A program made the position numbers and the translations under genes. Positions 38,754 to 46,415 of a stretch of DNA of 58,339 bases are shown here, one piece after another. The DNA is from a virus. Lineage: Duplodnaviria; Caudoviricetes. How positions within the stretch are numbered: the stretch's first letter is position 1; each line of letters opens with the position of its first letter. The stretch is from positions 1 to 58,339 of IMG/VR virus record IMGVR_UViG_3300032224_000787; one strand, 5' to 3'. Below the pieces are notes generated by a model. That model made no database searches, was not told the origin of the DNA, and worked only from the letters and a program-made list of their open reading frames with translations.

Positions 38754-40814
38754 TTAATTCAGTATTTTTAGGATGCGACCCGTTCGCTTATCCACCTTAG
38801 CCAACTTCATGCGATAATTCGTCTCTTTGGATTGGACATATTTCGTGACTACGTGTGTTTCTTTATCCTGTGACTTGATATTCTCAGGTTCGTACCTTGC
38901 GTGCGACTGCGCATTGATATATGCGAATCCAATAGCAAAGATGGCATCATCATAATCGTACCTTGTATCCGCTGCTTGATATCTAGTTTGGCGATGGCTA
39001 GTCGAGCTCTTCAAATCCTTCTCAACAAAAGTCTTGAGCTGCTCCCAGATCCAGGGAACGTCTATATTGATGCCGTAGGCATCAATCATTTCCTCCACTT
39101 TTGCAATAATCCTTGGTGCTGTGTTTGCTTTATTGGAAATGCCGAACCATTTCCCACCATAAGTTTGAAAGTATTCTGGAAGCTGCGTGTTTGCGGTAAA
39201 CTTATTCTTGAATCCGTGTATTTCTTGGAAGTCTACGTGCATATCTCCGATGTTATTCTCTACTAGTTCTTTTACACCACCTCTTTTTTGCTGATCATAG
39301 TACAGACTTTGCAAAAGTACCTGTAGGTAAGTGTACTTAAACTTGCGGTCCCTATGAAATACTACAGAAGAAACGGAATTAGTAAGTGAATCCCATATGG
39401 CGCTACACATCATGGAGTGACCTGTCTCTGAGTTGATGGGGTCAGTCCCTTGATACCAGCGATTCTTCCATATCTCACCGTTTGGTGGATGGTGTACAAT
39501 CATTGCGGTGGTGGATACGTCTTCTCTACCTGATGTATTGATCCATCTAGCGCCTGTAATGCGATATTCTGTGATTAGGTCTGGCGTAGGCTGCGACATA
39601 TCCATGATAGGCTCAAAGTAACCATACTCGATGGGCACATCTTTGCCGTATATATCACTTAATCTTTGGTTACAGTAATGAATCGGAACGAGCGTTCTTG
39701 CTTTTCGCAGGAACATATCGTCAATTGTGATAGGATAATGCTGGTGGAACTGAACTTTGGCAACTTCTCCCTTCTTGGTTCCTTCCAATGCAAGGTATGC
39801 TTTACGTTCGTTGTTGATGTGTTCGTCTGTGACTCCTCTTCGTGCATAGGCGTTGAAGAATAATGGTATGATTCCATACTCGTAGTTTTTATCCCTCCAC
39901 TGACTGAGTGCCATCTTGAACTCTGCCTCGAATACCGAGCCCCCTTTGTCCATTTCACCTCCTGTACCCCACGCTAAGAACTGCTGCTGCATGGTCATTT
40001 TGCCAGTTTCCGGGTTGTACTTAAATAAAGCAGGTCGACCTTCACGCATCATCTCACCGAATATGTCGAATAGACCGATCTCATCGATGAATACTGCTGA
40101 TGGAGAACCCCCGTTGATTGCATCTACCTGAGGACTATCTACCTGAAAGCGAGATGCACCACCTTCGTCACGACCTTTCTTATCACCCTTCTTATCGAAT
40201 GACATCACCTGGTCTGTCCAGTTTTTTACGTCCTGAGCAATATAGTCAGGAATCTTAGTGTAGGTCCACTTTACTTTATCTCGGAAGATCTCGACCCCTT
40301 TATCTTTGGAGTGGGTAACAAACTTTATAAAGTAGGACTTATTAAGGTTTACTCTCTTCATCCCCGCAAGACACATCGTGGTGGTAAAACCAATTTGTCG
40401 GGCTTTACCAATCATCATGGAGTATCCGCAGTCGAATAAGAATAAGAGTACTTTCTGTGCATCCCACGCCTGATAGCGCAGCATACCGTTTTCGGCTTTA
40501 TCTTCTTTAATGAAACCGTATTTGTTACAGAAGTATAGTGTGTTGTCGTTACATTTCTGTATCTCTGTGGCCAGCCAGTTGTATTGATCTTCTTCGTTGT
40601 CGAAATCGGTTAACATGGTGTCATCCTGTAACCAGATCCTAGCTTGTTCGCAGTATAAATCGAAAGGCTTAAAACTTATCTTGTTCTGCCAGCCGCTGTT
40701 GATGCTATCAACCCAATCCACGAATGGCTTTGGGTAATCAAACTCAGCATGGCTAGGTTTCCAGTCGGTAGTAAGTATTGGCCTTCGAGCTACACCGTCT
40801 TTAGTTTGACGCAT
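38754..40814 (-). CDS. terL: Terminase large subunit
   Basis: Walker A GKARQIGFTT, Walker B VFIDEIG, WGTGG coupling motif, RNase H-like GTDP...ENN...YDDAIFA nuclease domain. Confidence 0.9.
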   Translation of the reverse strand: MRQTKDGVARRPILTTDWKPSHAEFDYPKPFVDWVDSINSGWQNKISFKPFDLYCEQARIWLQDDTMLTDFDNEEDQYNWLATEIQKCNDNTLYFCNKYGFIKEDKAENGMLRYQAWDAQKVLLFLFDCGYSMMIGKARQIGFTTTMCLAGMKRVNLNKSYFIKFVTHSKDKGVEIFRDKVKWTYTKIPDYIAQDVKNWTDQVMSFDKKGDKKGRDEGGASRFQVDSPQVDAINGGSPSAVFIDEIGLFDIFGEMMREGRPALFKYNPETGKMTMQQQFLAWGTGGEMDKGGSVFEAEFKMALSQWRDKNYEYGIIPLFFNAYARRGVTDEHINNERKAYLALEGTKKGEVAKVQFHQHYPITIDDMFLRKARTLVPIHYCNQRLSDIYGKDVPIEYGYFEPIMDMSQPTPDLITEYRITGARWINTSGREDVSTTAMIVHHPPNGEIWKNRWYQGTDPINSETGHSMMCSAIWDSLTNSVSSVVFHRDRKFKYTYLQVLLQSLYYDQQKRGGVKELVENNIGDMHVDFQEIHGFKNKFTANTQLPEYFQTYGGKWFGISNKANTAPRIIAKVEEMIDAYGINIDVPWIWEQLKTFVEKDLKSSTSHRQTRYQAADTRYDYDDAIFAIGFAYINAQSHARYEPENIKSQDKETHVVTKYVQSKETNYRMKLAKVDKRTGRILKILN

Positions 40815-40828
40815 ATAGCAGTTTTAAA

Positions 40829-41140
40829 TTATACTCGTCTCTTAGTTTTTCCCATAGTAGGCTGACCAGCTAGAGGAGCAGCTGTTCTTTTCTCTGCGGA
40901 AACAGAAACAGATGTTGGCTTTAATGTAGCCATTGGACTCATAGGAGTTCTTTTTGGTGTATAAACCTCTTTGAGTTTGCTTTGCATTTTAGGATAACCA
41001 GCTGTTTTTCCTAATTCTTTACCAACTTTATTACCATAACTTCCTTTAGGTGGAACAGGGTTGTTGTTTTTGCTTTTAGGATCACCAGGTCCACTTGCTG
41101 CACGATTCGCAGCTGCTTGAATTTTAGATTTTAAGTTCAT
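40829..41140 (-). CDS. Small basic protein (N-terminus shared with next gene)
   Basis: MNLKSKIQAAANRA start; K/P-rich. Confidence 0.7.
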   Translation of the reverse strand: MNLKSKIQAAANRAASGPGDPKSKNNNPVPPKGSYGNKVGKELGKTAGYPKMQSKLKEVYTPKRTPMSPMATLKPTSVSVSAEKRTAAPLAGQPTMGKTKRRV

Positions 41141-41158
41141 GATTATTTAATTTAAATA

Positions 41159-41512
41159 TTATCCTTTTTTTATTTTGTTTAATGTAGAAGGAACTTGATT
41201 TCTGCCTATTGTTGATGTTTTTGATTCAGTTTTTACAGGACCAGTTGTTTTATCTCCATATCCATACTCTGTTTTTACATTAAAAGATTTTTTACCGGCA
41301 GAATATCCAGTTGTATCCATTGATGTTTTTTTATATGAATAAGGTTCAAAAACTCCTCCATTGGTTGTTCTAGTCGATTCAAATCTTGATTCTGTTCCTT
41401 TTCTTGATGAAACATTTACTTTTTTTGATCCTGCTGAATTTGAATTTTTTGGCTTTACAGGATCAATATTTGCTCGATTTGCCGCCGCCTGAATTTTAGA
41501 TTTTAGATTCAT
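41159..41512 (-). CDS. Small basic protein (N-terminus shared with previous gene)
   Basis: MNLKSKIQAAANRA start; K/S/T-rich. Confidence 0.7.
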   Translation of the reverse strand: MNLKSKIQAAANRANIDPVKPKNSNSAGSKKVNVSSRKGTESRFESTRTTNGGVFEPYSYKKTSMDTTGYSAGKKSFNVKTEYGYGDKTTGPVKTESKTSTIGRNQVPSTLNKIKKG

Positions 41513-41673
41513 TACTTACGTTTTTTAAATTTAGACATCATTTTTTCTTTCGCCTCAGTCTTTTTTGACTCACGTTTTTCGTGTTTAACCATAGACTTTT
41601 TGGATGGATACTTTTCTTCTGCCATAGATCCTTCGTATTCCATCAATGCTTTTTTAATTGCTCTTCCTTTCAT
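41512..41673 (-). CDS. Small basic protein (53 aa)
   Basis: MKGRAIKKALMEYEGSMAEEKYPSKKSMVKHEKRESKKTEAKEKMMSKFKKRK; TAATG coupling on both sides. Confidence 0.7.
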   Translation of the reverse strand: MKGRAIKKALMEYEGSMAEEKYPSKKSMVKHEKRESKKTEAKEKMMSKFKKRK

Positions 41674-41852
41674 TAGTCGCAGTATTTTTTATCTTTAGTA
41701 TTCTTGTACATCAGTTTAAATGAATGTTTGCATCCACAAGACATATCATCATTAAGGCTATTGGGCGATGCCGGACGGCCTTCTACACGACCTTTGTCAG
41801 TATAGCTTCCATTCATTTTAGGGTTTGAAGCCCAGTACTTATCTCCTTTCAT
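41673..41852 (-). CDS. Small hypothetical protein
   Basis: Likely start MKGDKYW at 41852, just downstream of the promoter at 41869. Confidence 0.6.
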   Translation of the reverse strand: MKGDKYWASNPKMNGSYTDKGRVEGRPASPNSLNDDMSCGCKHSFKLMYKNTKDKKYCD

Positions 41853-41868
41853 ATCAATGTATTTGTCA

Positions 41869-41876
41869 CAAATATA
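41869..41876 (-). promoter_or_regulatory. Bacteroidota sigmaA -7 element
   Basis: TATATTTG on the minus strand. Confidence 0.6.
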
Positions 41877-41890
41877 CAAATAATTAGTAC

Positions 41891-41919
41891 AAAAAATAAG
41901 GGGGCTATTACACCCCCTC
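41891..41919 (-). terminator. Intrinsic terminator
   Basis: Minus strand GAGGGGG-TGTAATAG-CCCCCTT-ATTTTTT. Confidence 0.75.
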
Positions 41920-41958
41920 AGATCAAAACAACAGATAAACAAACAAAAAACAATAGTT

Positions 41959-41966
41959 CAAATATA
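41959..41966 (-). promoter_or_regulatory. Bacteroidota sigmaA -7 element (possible sRNA promoter)
   Basis: TATATTTG on the minus strand about 40 nt upstream of the terminator. Confidence 0.5.
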
Positions 41967-41970
41967 ATAA

Positions 41971-42855
41971 TTATAATGGAAACTTAATACTATCGATTAA
42001 TTTTTCTGCTCGATCAGTATTATTTTTTTTATCAATAATTCTTTTGGTGTCTATGATGAGTATTCTGCTACCCACAGGTTTAACAGGTGCGCCACGCTCA
42101 ACGTGCCAGCCTTTTGATCCATCACCGAACTCCTCTTTGTAGGTTCCGGTGATCATCATGTGGATCTGCTTTTGTTTGCTAAACCATCCGCACGCAGGGT
42201 TGTGGTCAATGGTATCTCTAGCAACATTGGTACATTTGTTCTCGTGGATATGTCCCATCGCAAACACCTCAAAGTCCTCATACATTTCTAGGGCACGAGT
42301 GAGGTTTATCTCACCACGCGTAACAATTCCACCGCCTCCACTTCCATGGAAATATCGCACCTTGGTAGATACTCTATGTCCAGGTCTAATGGTTTGATTT
42401 ACTACAATCCATCCACCGTAACCTCCGGTCTGAACGTTAGTGTGGTTTTTGTAATTAAGTAGGTCAACAAAGCGCTGAAGTACATCTGTCTCATGGCGTT
42501 TAAGTATTGCGGTTTCGTGGTTACCATATCCTACAACGGTAATTAGGTGTGAGTATGGGCTAAAGAAATCTACAGCCGTTTCTATGATAGAATCTAGGTA
42601 GCGAATATTGTTATGCTCAGGACGGATATCAGATTTAGTACCCCTTGGGTCCCATTTCCCCTGCATGAGGCAGAAGGTATCTCCGTTGAACATCATCGGA
42701 ATAGATTCTCTAAGGCAATAATCTAAATCTCTCTTGAGTAGTTTCCAGTCGCACTTAGGGTTGTCCCAGTGGATATCGCTGAACATAGCGAGTTTAACTT
42801 TAGTTCCATCCATCTTTAGTTCATGGATGTTTTTTGAGTGTCTAATTAATTCCAT
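41971..42855 (-). CDS. Calcineurin-like metallophosphoesterase
   Basis: SDIH, NGD, GNHE, HG and GHIH motifs in canonical order. Confidence 0.85.
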   Translation of the reverse strand: MELIRHSKNIHELKMDGTKVKLAMFSDIHWDNPKCDWKLLKRDLDYCLRESIPMMFNGDTFCLMQGKWDPRGTKSDIRPEHNNIRYLDSIIETAVDFFSPYSHLITVVGYGNHETAILKRHETDVLQRFVDLLNYKNHTNVQTGGYGGWIVVNQTIRPGHRVSTKVRYFHGSGGGGIVTRGEINLTRALEMYEDFEVFAMGHIHENKCTNVARDTIDHNPACGWFSKQKQIHMMITGTYKEEFGDGSKGWHVERGAPVKPVGSRILIIDTKRIIDKKNNTDRAEKLIDSIKFPL

Positions 42856-43395
42856 TTATTCGTTATTTGAGTACTGCTCCTCTAGATCCTCATTTCGTTG
42901 AGGCATACGATCAAATTCTTTTACGCAGTAGAAGAGCTTCTTAATTGTTCCTTTGTAAAAGTATATAGGGTTGACCATGTAGGTTCGGCGATTTTTTTCG
43001 ATTGTAAATCTAATAATATCTTTGGCACAAAGTTCTTTGATGCTACTCATCACAAACTTCATATTCATATCCGTTAACTGTTGGATATCACGCAAACTGT
43101 AATTTTTCAAAGTATTACCGTATCCCATCTGTTGGGTCATAAAGCGCAACATACGATTAGCCGAAGGCTTAACTTGATTCATAATGGTAAGTGACTCAGT
43201 AAAGGTAATCATGTACCTCATCTTTTTCCTACGCAATAAGTTCGCAATGACATCGTCAGCCTGCGCATTATACCCCTCGGCAATAGGAACGAACTCTCCT
43301 CTCTGATTCTTGTAGTACAGATCCAGGCCCTTTACTTTTTGATTGATCACCCTGTCGGCCTCCAGCAGGATTAAGTCGAATACTATGTTGTTCAT
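42856..43395 (-). CDS. RepL-like winged-helix protein
   Basis: SLRDIQQLTDMN...SIKEL...II...YMVNPIYFYKG matches the RepL-type wHTH pattern. Confidence 0.6.
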   Translation of the reverse strand: MNNIVFDLILLEADRVINQKVKGLDLYYKNQRGEFVPIAEGYNAQADDVIANLLRRKKMRYMITFTESLTIMNQVKPSANRMLRFMTQQMGYGNTLKNYSLRDIQQLTDMNMKFVMSSIKELCAKDIIRFTIEKNRRTYMVNPIYFYKGTIKKLFYCVKEFDRMPQRNEDLEEQYSNNE

Positions 43396-43712
43396 TTCTT
43401 AGATTGTAAATTACGATTCACAATAAGTGAATCCACATTAAGTTTAATTTTCTTTAGGTGTGATATCGTCTGCTTATGTCGGGTATGCTCATAGAATATC
43501 AATCCATTTAGAGCCCTCCCGAATTCAATAACACTCATATCTCCTTTCATCTTATTACAATCTCCACAGGCAGGTACTTTATTTGCATTACTCAACTTAC
43601 CCCCTCTGCTCTTAGGTACTAAGTGATCTAATGTAAAACTATATTCATCAAGAGAAACTTTGCAGTATGCGCAAACATCAAGGTTTACACCGTTTTTACT
43701 ATACCCCCTCAT
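43392..43712 (-). CDS. HNH endonuclease (Zn-binding, possibly packaging-associated)
   Basis: CAYC...TLDHLVPKSRGG...N...ACGDCNKMKG. Confidence 0.85.
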   Translation of the reverse strand: MRGYSKNGVNLDVCAYCKVSLDEYSFTLDHLVPKSRGGKLSNANKVPACGDCNKMKGDMSVIEFGRALNGLIFYEHTRHKQTISHLKKIKLNVDSLIVNRNLQSKK

Positions 43713-44232
43713 TTAAAGATTCTTTTAGTTTTTGATTATATGCGTATGCTGCTTTTGTTTCGCAATTAAACCTTCCCATTCTATGTTTTTTCCCATTGAT
43801 TGATATTGATGCAACCCATTTACCTCGAGCCTTGTCAAATGTAACACCAATATAATTGCTGTATTTATTATTTCGGATGGATTTTATTGAGTTGACTCTT
43901 TGAGATGTTACCTGTAGATTAGACAAGTTGTTATTTAATTTGTCTCCATCAATATGATCTATCACTTGTTTCATGCCGCATCGTTCATAGCCAAGAAAGG
44001 TCATAGCTACCAAAGTGTGAATTCTGTACAAGGTATTCTTACCCGTCCATAAGTTAACAGAATAGTATCCCTTATTATTTAATGAAGGTTTTAATATATA
44101 TTCTTCTTTTGGATAAGGTGTATTTTTATTCCAACATAATCTATTCAGACTTTTAACCCTGCCTAAATTACTTACCTGGTATCTAAATTCAAAGCCAGGT
44201 ATATCTCTCCAAATTTCATTGACTGCTTTCAT
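43699..44232 (-). CDS. NUMOD4-HNH-AP2 homing endonuclease
   Basis: EIWRDIPGFE.RYQVSNLGRVKS (NUMOD4), IDHIDGDKLNN..SNL (HNH), YIGV.F.K...KWVA.I...G.F...AA.AYN (AP2). Confidence 0.9.
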   Translation of the reverse strand: MKAVNEIWRDIPGFEFRYQVSNLGRVKSLNRLCWNKNTPYPKEEYILKPSLNNKGYYSVNLWTGKNTLYRIHTLVAMTFLGYERCGMKQVIDHIDGDKLNNNLSNLQVTSQRVNSIKSIRNNKYSNYIGVTFDKARGKWVASISINGKKHRMGRFNCETKAAYAYNQKLKESLNEGV

Positions 44233-44236
44233 GTTG

Positions 44237-44244
44237 CAAATATA
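44237..44244 (-). promoter_or_regulatory. Bacteroidota sigmaA -7 element, leaderless arrangement
   Basis: TATATTTG-CAAC-ATG on the minus strand. Confidence 0.65.
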
Positions 44245-44330
44245 TAAATTATATTTAAGAAAACAAGCACTTTGTAGGCACTTCTGTCAGAACAACTTGT
44301 GTATACTTTTTCACATACTAACTTGTTACT

Positions 44331-44343
44331 AATCAACAACTTA
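44331..44343 (+). promoter_or_regulatory. IHF-like binding site
   Basis: AATCAACAACTTA matches WATCAAnnnnTTR. Confidence 0.45.
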
Positions 44344-44583
44344 CAAATAGTCTCTATATACTGTTTATCTCTACATGATCCTAACAGAATATCATTGATG
44401 CCCATAAATAAGTAATTAGGTGTACGCAGTACTCCTGATTGATTATTGCCGGGATAGTATCAGCCTGTATACTAATCATTTATTTCTATACACACGTCTG
44501 GTACTTGGATAGTACTACTACCCCTCCCCTTTTATATCGGAACTTTTATACAATTTAGTTATATACCTTGTGTCTCCTGGAAA

Positions 44584-44635
44584 AGTTTCTGTATTTTTTG
44601 AGGTTGACTCAGAATAGTTTCTGTATTTTTTGAGG
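44584..44635. repeat. Perfect 20-bp direct repeat x2
   Basis: AGTTTCTGTATTTTTTGAGG at 44584-44603 and 44616-44635. Confidence 0.9.
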
Positions 44636-44984
44636 ACTTATACGCCTTAACCCATCCCCTCCCGTTCTCCACCGAAAACTCGCTTGCCAAAGTGCCTCAT
44701 TCTCAGCAACTTAACTATCTTTTATTCAACCTTTAGTTCACGTTCTTTGCCTCATTCGTGGTTTGTTATGTATATACGTATTTATGTGGCGGATATAGAC
44801 ATACATCTAACCTATTTTTACTACTTAATTACGCTAAAAATAGCTACATTTTGTTCCGTTTGTTTGGGTCTTATTCGTTCTAAAAATACCCTTTTTTGTA
44901 CTAAATTCATGTTTTTTATCAATTTGTAAATAACTGATTTTCAGTTAGTTATAATTTCAAGATTACATTTTTTATAATTTTTTA

Positions 44985-45014
44985 TTGAAATTCAAAATTT
45001 AGTTTATATATTTG
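44985..45014 (+). promoter_or_regulatory. Main early promoter (Bacteroidota sigmaA)
   Basis: TTG (44985-87), 19-nt spacer, TATATTTG (45007-14), AT-rich upstream. Confidence 0.75.
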
Positions 45015-45018
45015 GAAT

Positions 45019-45340
45019 GTCATTGAACGACAGCCAACGGGCTTCACATAGTTGCAATGACGGAACGATACGCAGCAATGCACAACGGGCGCAATGCTCG
45101 GCAAAGCTGCAAAGGTTTACGCAATGTTTACCGATACCTTTTATAGGGCGTTTCAAGTTCTTTGAAATATAGTTTAGTAGTTGTTTGCAGCCGTCCGCAA
45201 GGGGAAAAGCAAGCACGCAAAGTTGGACGACCAACAAAACATGGCACATATAAGAGTGCAGCGGGCTAATTTAAGGGATTTACTTTAGCCGTATACATGG
45301 GATTCAAAATGAGATATGTATATAGAAATACTACAAACGA
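45019..45340 (+). ncRNA. Structured early leader RNA with boxA-like element
   Basis: Several complementary stems (GTCATTG/CAATGAC, GCAGC/GCTGC, AAAGGT/ACCTTT, CGTCC/GGACG, GGCTAA/TTAGCC, TATACAT/ATGTATA); AAGTTCTTTGAAA at 45155-45167; no convincing ORF. Confidence 0.5.
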
Positions 45341-45351
45341 GCTTTAAAAAA

Positions 45352-45420
45352 GGTTAACTGATGAGCTTTTATTAAGCGAAACGTGAGCAAGTTGAAATAA
45401 TTACTTGCTGCGTCTTAACC
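45352..45420 (+). ncRNA. Type I hammerhead ribozyme 1
   Basis: Stem I GGTTAA/TTAACC; CTGATGA 45358-64; stem II GCTT-ttatt-AAGC; GAAA 45378-81; stem III ACG..AGCAAGT/ACTTGCT..CGT; GTC cleavage triplet 45412-14. Confidence 0.93.
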
Positions 45421-45437
45421 ACTTAAATTTTTTTATC

Positions 45438-45824
45438 ATGAATGCAACTACAAAAAACACAGCAACAAAGAAAGCCGCAACAACTACAAAAGTAGTAAGC
45501 GCACCTAAAGCAGCAGCAAAGAAAGCAGCAGCAGCGCCAAAAGTTACTTATCTTGCAGAAGGTGTAACGGGCAAAAAAATGATGCAGTCAATTTATGCTG
45601 CAAACAATGCGCACAAAAAAGATATGGGCAGCTTTAGCCAATGTTTGAAACGTTCTTTAGAATTCGGAAGCGCTGAATTTACCAAAACTATCAAAGGCTT
45701 TGACGTCAAAGATTGCACACCGAAAAACTTAATCCCACTACGTAACGCAAAGCGTGGTGTTGATGCATCATTCAGTGTATACGAAGTATTGATGCTCATC
45801 AAGAAATTCTACCAAACAAAGTAA
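45438..45824 (+). CDS. First early protein, basic with K/A/T-rich histone-H1-like N-terminal tail (128 aa)
   Basis: ATG45438; TKKAATTTKVVSAPKAAAKKAAAAPK; the stop codon directly abuts hammerhead 2. Confidence 0.85.
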   Translation: MNATTKNTATKKAATTTKVVSAPKAAAKKAAAAPKVTYLAEGVTGKKMMQSIYAANNAHKKDMGSFSQCLKRSLEFGSAEFTKTIKGFDVKDCTPKNLIPLRNAKRGVDASFSVYEVLMLIKKFYQTK

Positions 45825-45897
45825 GGTTAACTGATGAGTCCTAAATGGACGAAACGCGAAGGGGTGTACTATGTATGCCCCTTTTTGCGTCTTAACC
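45825..45897 (+). ncRNA. Type I hammerhead ribozyme 2
   Basis: Stem I GGTTAA/TTAACC; CTGATGA 45831-37; stem II GTCC-taaat-GGAC; GAAA 45851-54; long stem III ACGCGAAGGGGTGTAC/GTATGCCCCTTTTTGCGT; GTC 45889-91. Confidence 0.95.
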
Positions 45898-45913
45898 AAT
45901 TAATTATCTACCA

Positions 45914-46090
45914 ATGAAAAAGAACATTTTAATAGCCTTTATAGTATTGGGCTTAATAGGAATACTATGCTCGTTATGGCTCATGATGACCGCACAAGAT
46001 GTAAGCAATTTCAGGCTTTCGTACATAAGCCTATTCGGATGGGGCATTGTGTTCGGGGCATCGGCAATAGCAGAATGTGAAACAAACTAA
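45914..46090 (+). CDS. Small two-TM membrane protein (58 aa)
   Basis: MKKNILIAFIVLGLIGILCSLWLMMTAQ...YISLFGWGIVFGASAIAECETN; starts 22 nt after the hammerhead 2 cleavage site. Confidence 0.7.
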   Translation: MKKNILIAFIVLGLIGILCSLWLMMTAQDVSNFRLSYISLFGWGIVFGASAIAECETN

Positions 46091-46102
46091 AGCAGAGAAC
46101 AA

Positions 46103-46324
46103 ATGAGAGTACAAATTAACAAGGTTTGGAGTGCAGAAGTACTGCGCCCAAGCAACAAGACAAATGTGTTCCTATGCAATCCTGGCGAGGTGAAGGGGCA
46201 ATGGATAAGCATAGATAGGTACGTCAAGCTGAAGGAATTGGTGCGAAAATACACCAACATACAGGAGGTACTATACGAAGATCAAGAGGACTATACTATT
46301 CACTACTTAATACAAAAGCCATGA
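46103..46324 (+). CDS. Hypothetical early protein
   Basis: ORF with A-rich leader. Confidence 0.65.
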   Translation: MRVQINKVWSAEVLRPSNKTNVFLCNPGEVKGQWISIDRYVKLKELVRKYTNIQEVLYEDQEDYTIHYLIQKP

Positions 46325-46415
46325 GCGCAGGAGATATCATATACCTATCAATAGTACTAAACTTTGTACTATTCATCAAGTACTTACAATATAGACCAAA
46401 GAAATAACATTCTGT

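Noticed and set aside
38754-40814. Intein or intron in the terminase
   Set aside because: ORF is continuous, motif spacing is normal, and no C...HN-C/S/T junctions or LAGLIDADG motifs were seen
44584-44635. Mini CRISPR array
   Set aside because: Only two 20-bp copies with a 12-bp spacer, not palindromic, no cas genes
45095-45240. c-di-GMP-I riboswitch (GGCAAA and ACGCAAAG words)
   Set aside because: Spacing and the tetraloop/receptor elements do not fit the known aptamer
44684-45249. ORFs 44684-44929 (+) and 45004-45249 (-)
   Set aside because: Atypical composition, no initiation context, and they overlap the promoter and structured leader
45405-45437. N-terminal extension of the early ORF from the start at 45405
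   Set aside because: It lies within hammerhead 1 across the cleavage site; ATG 45438 is the credible start
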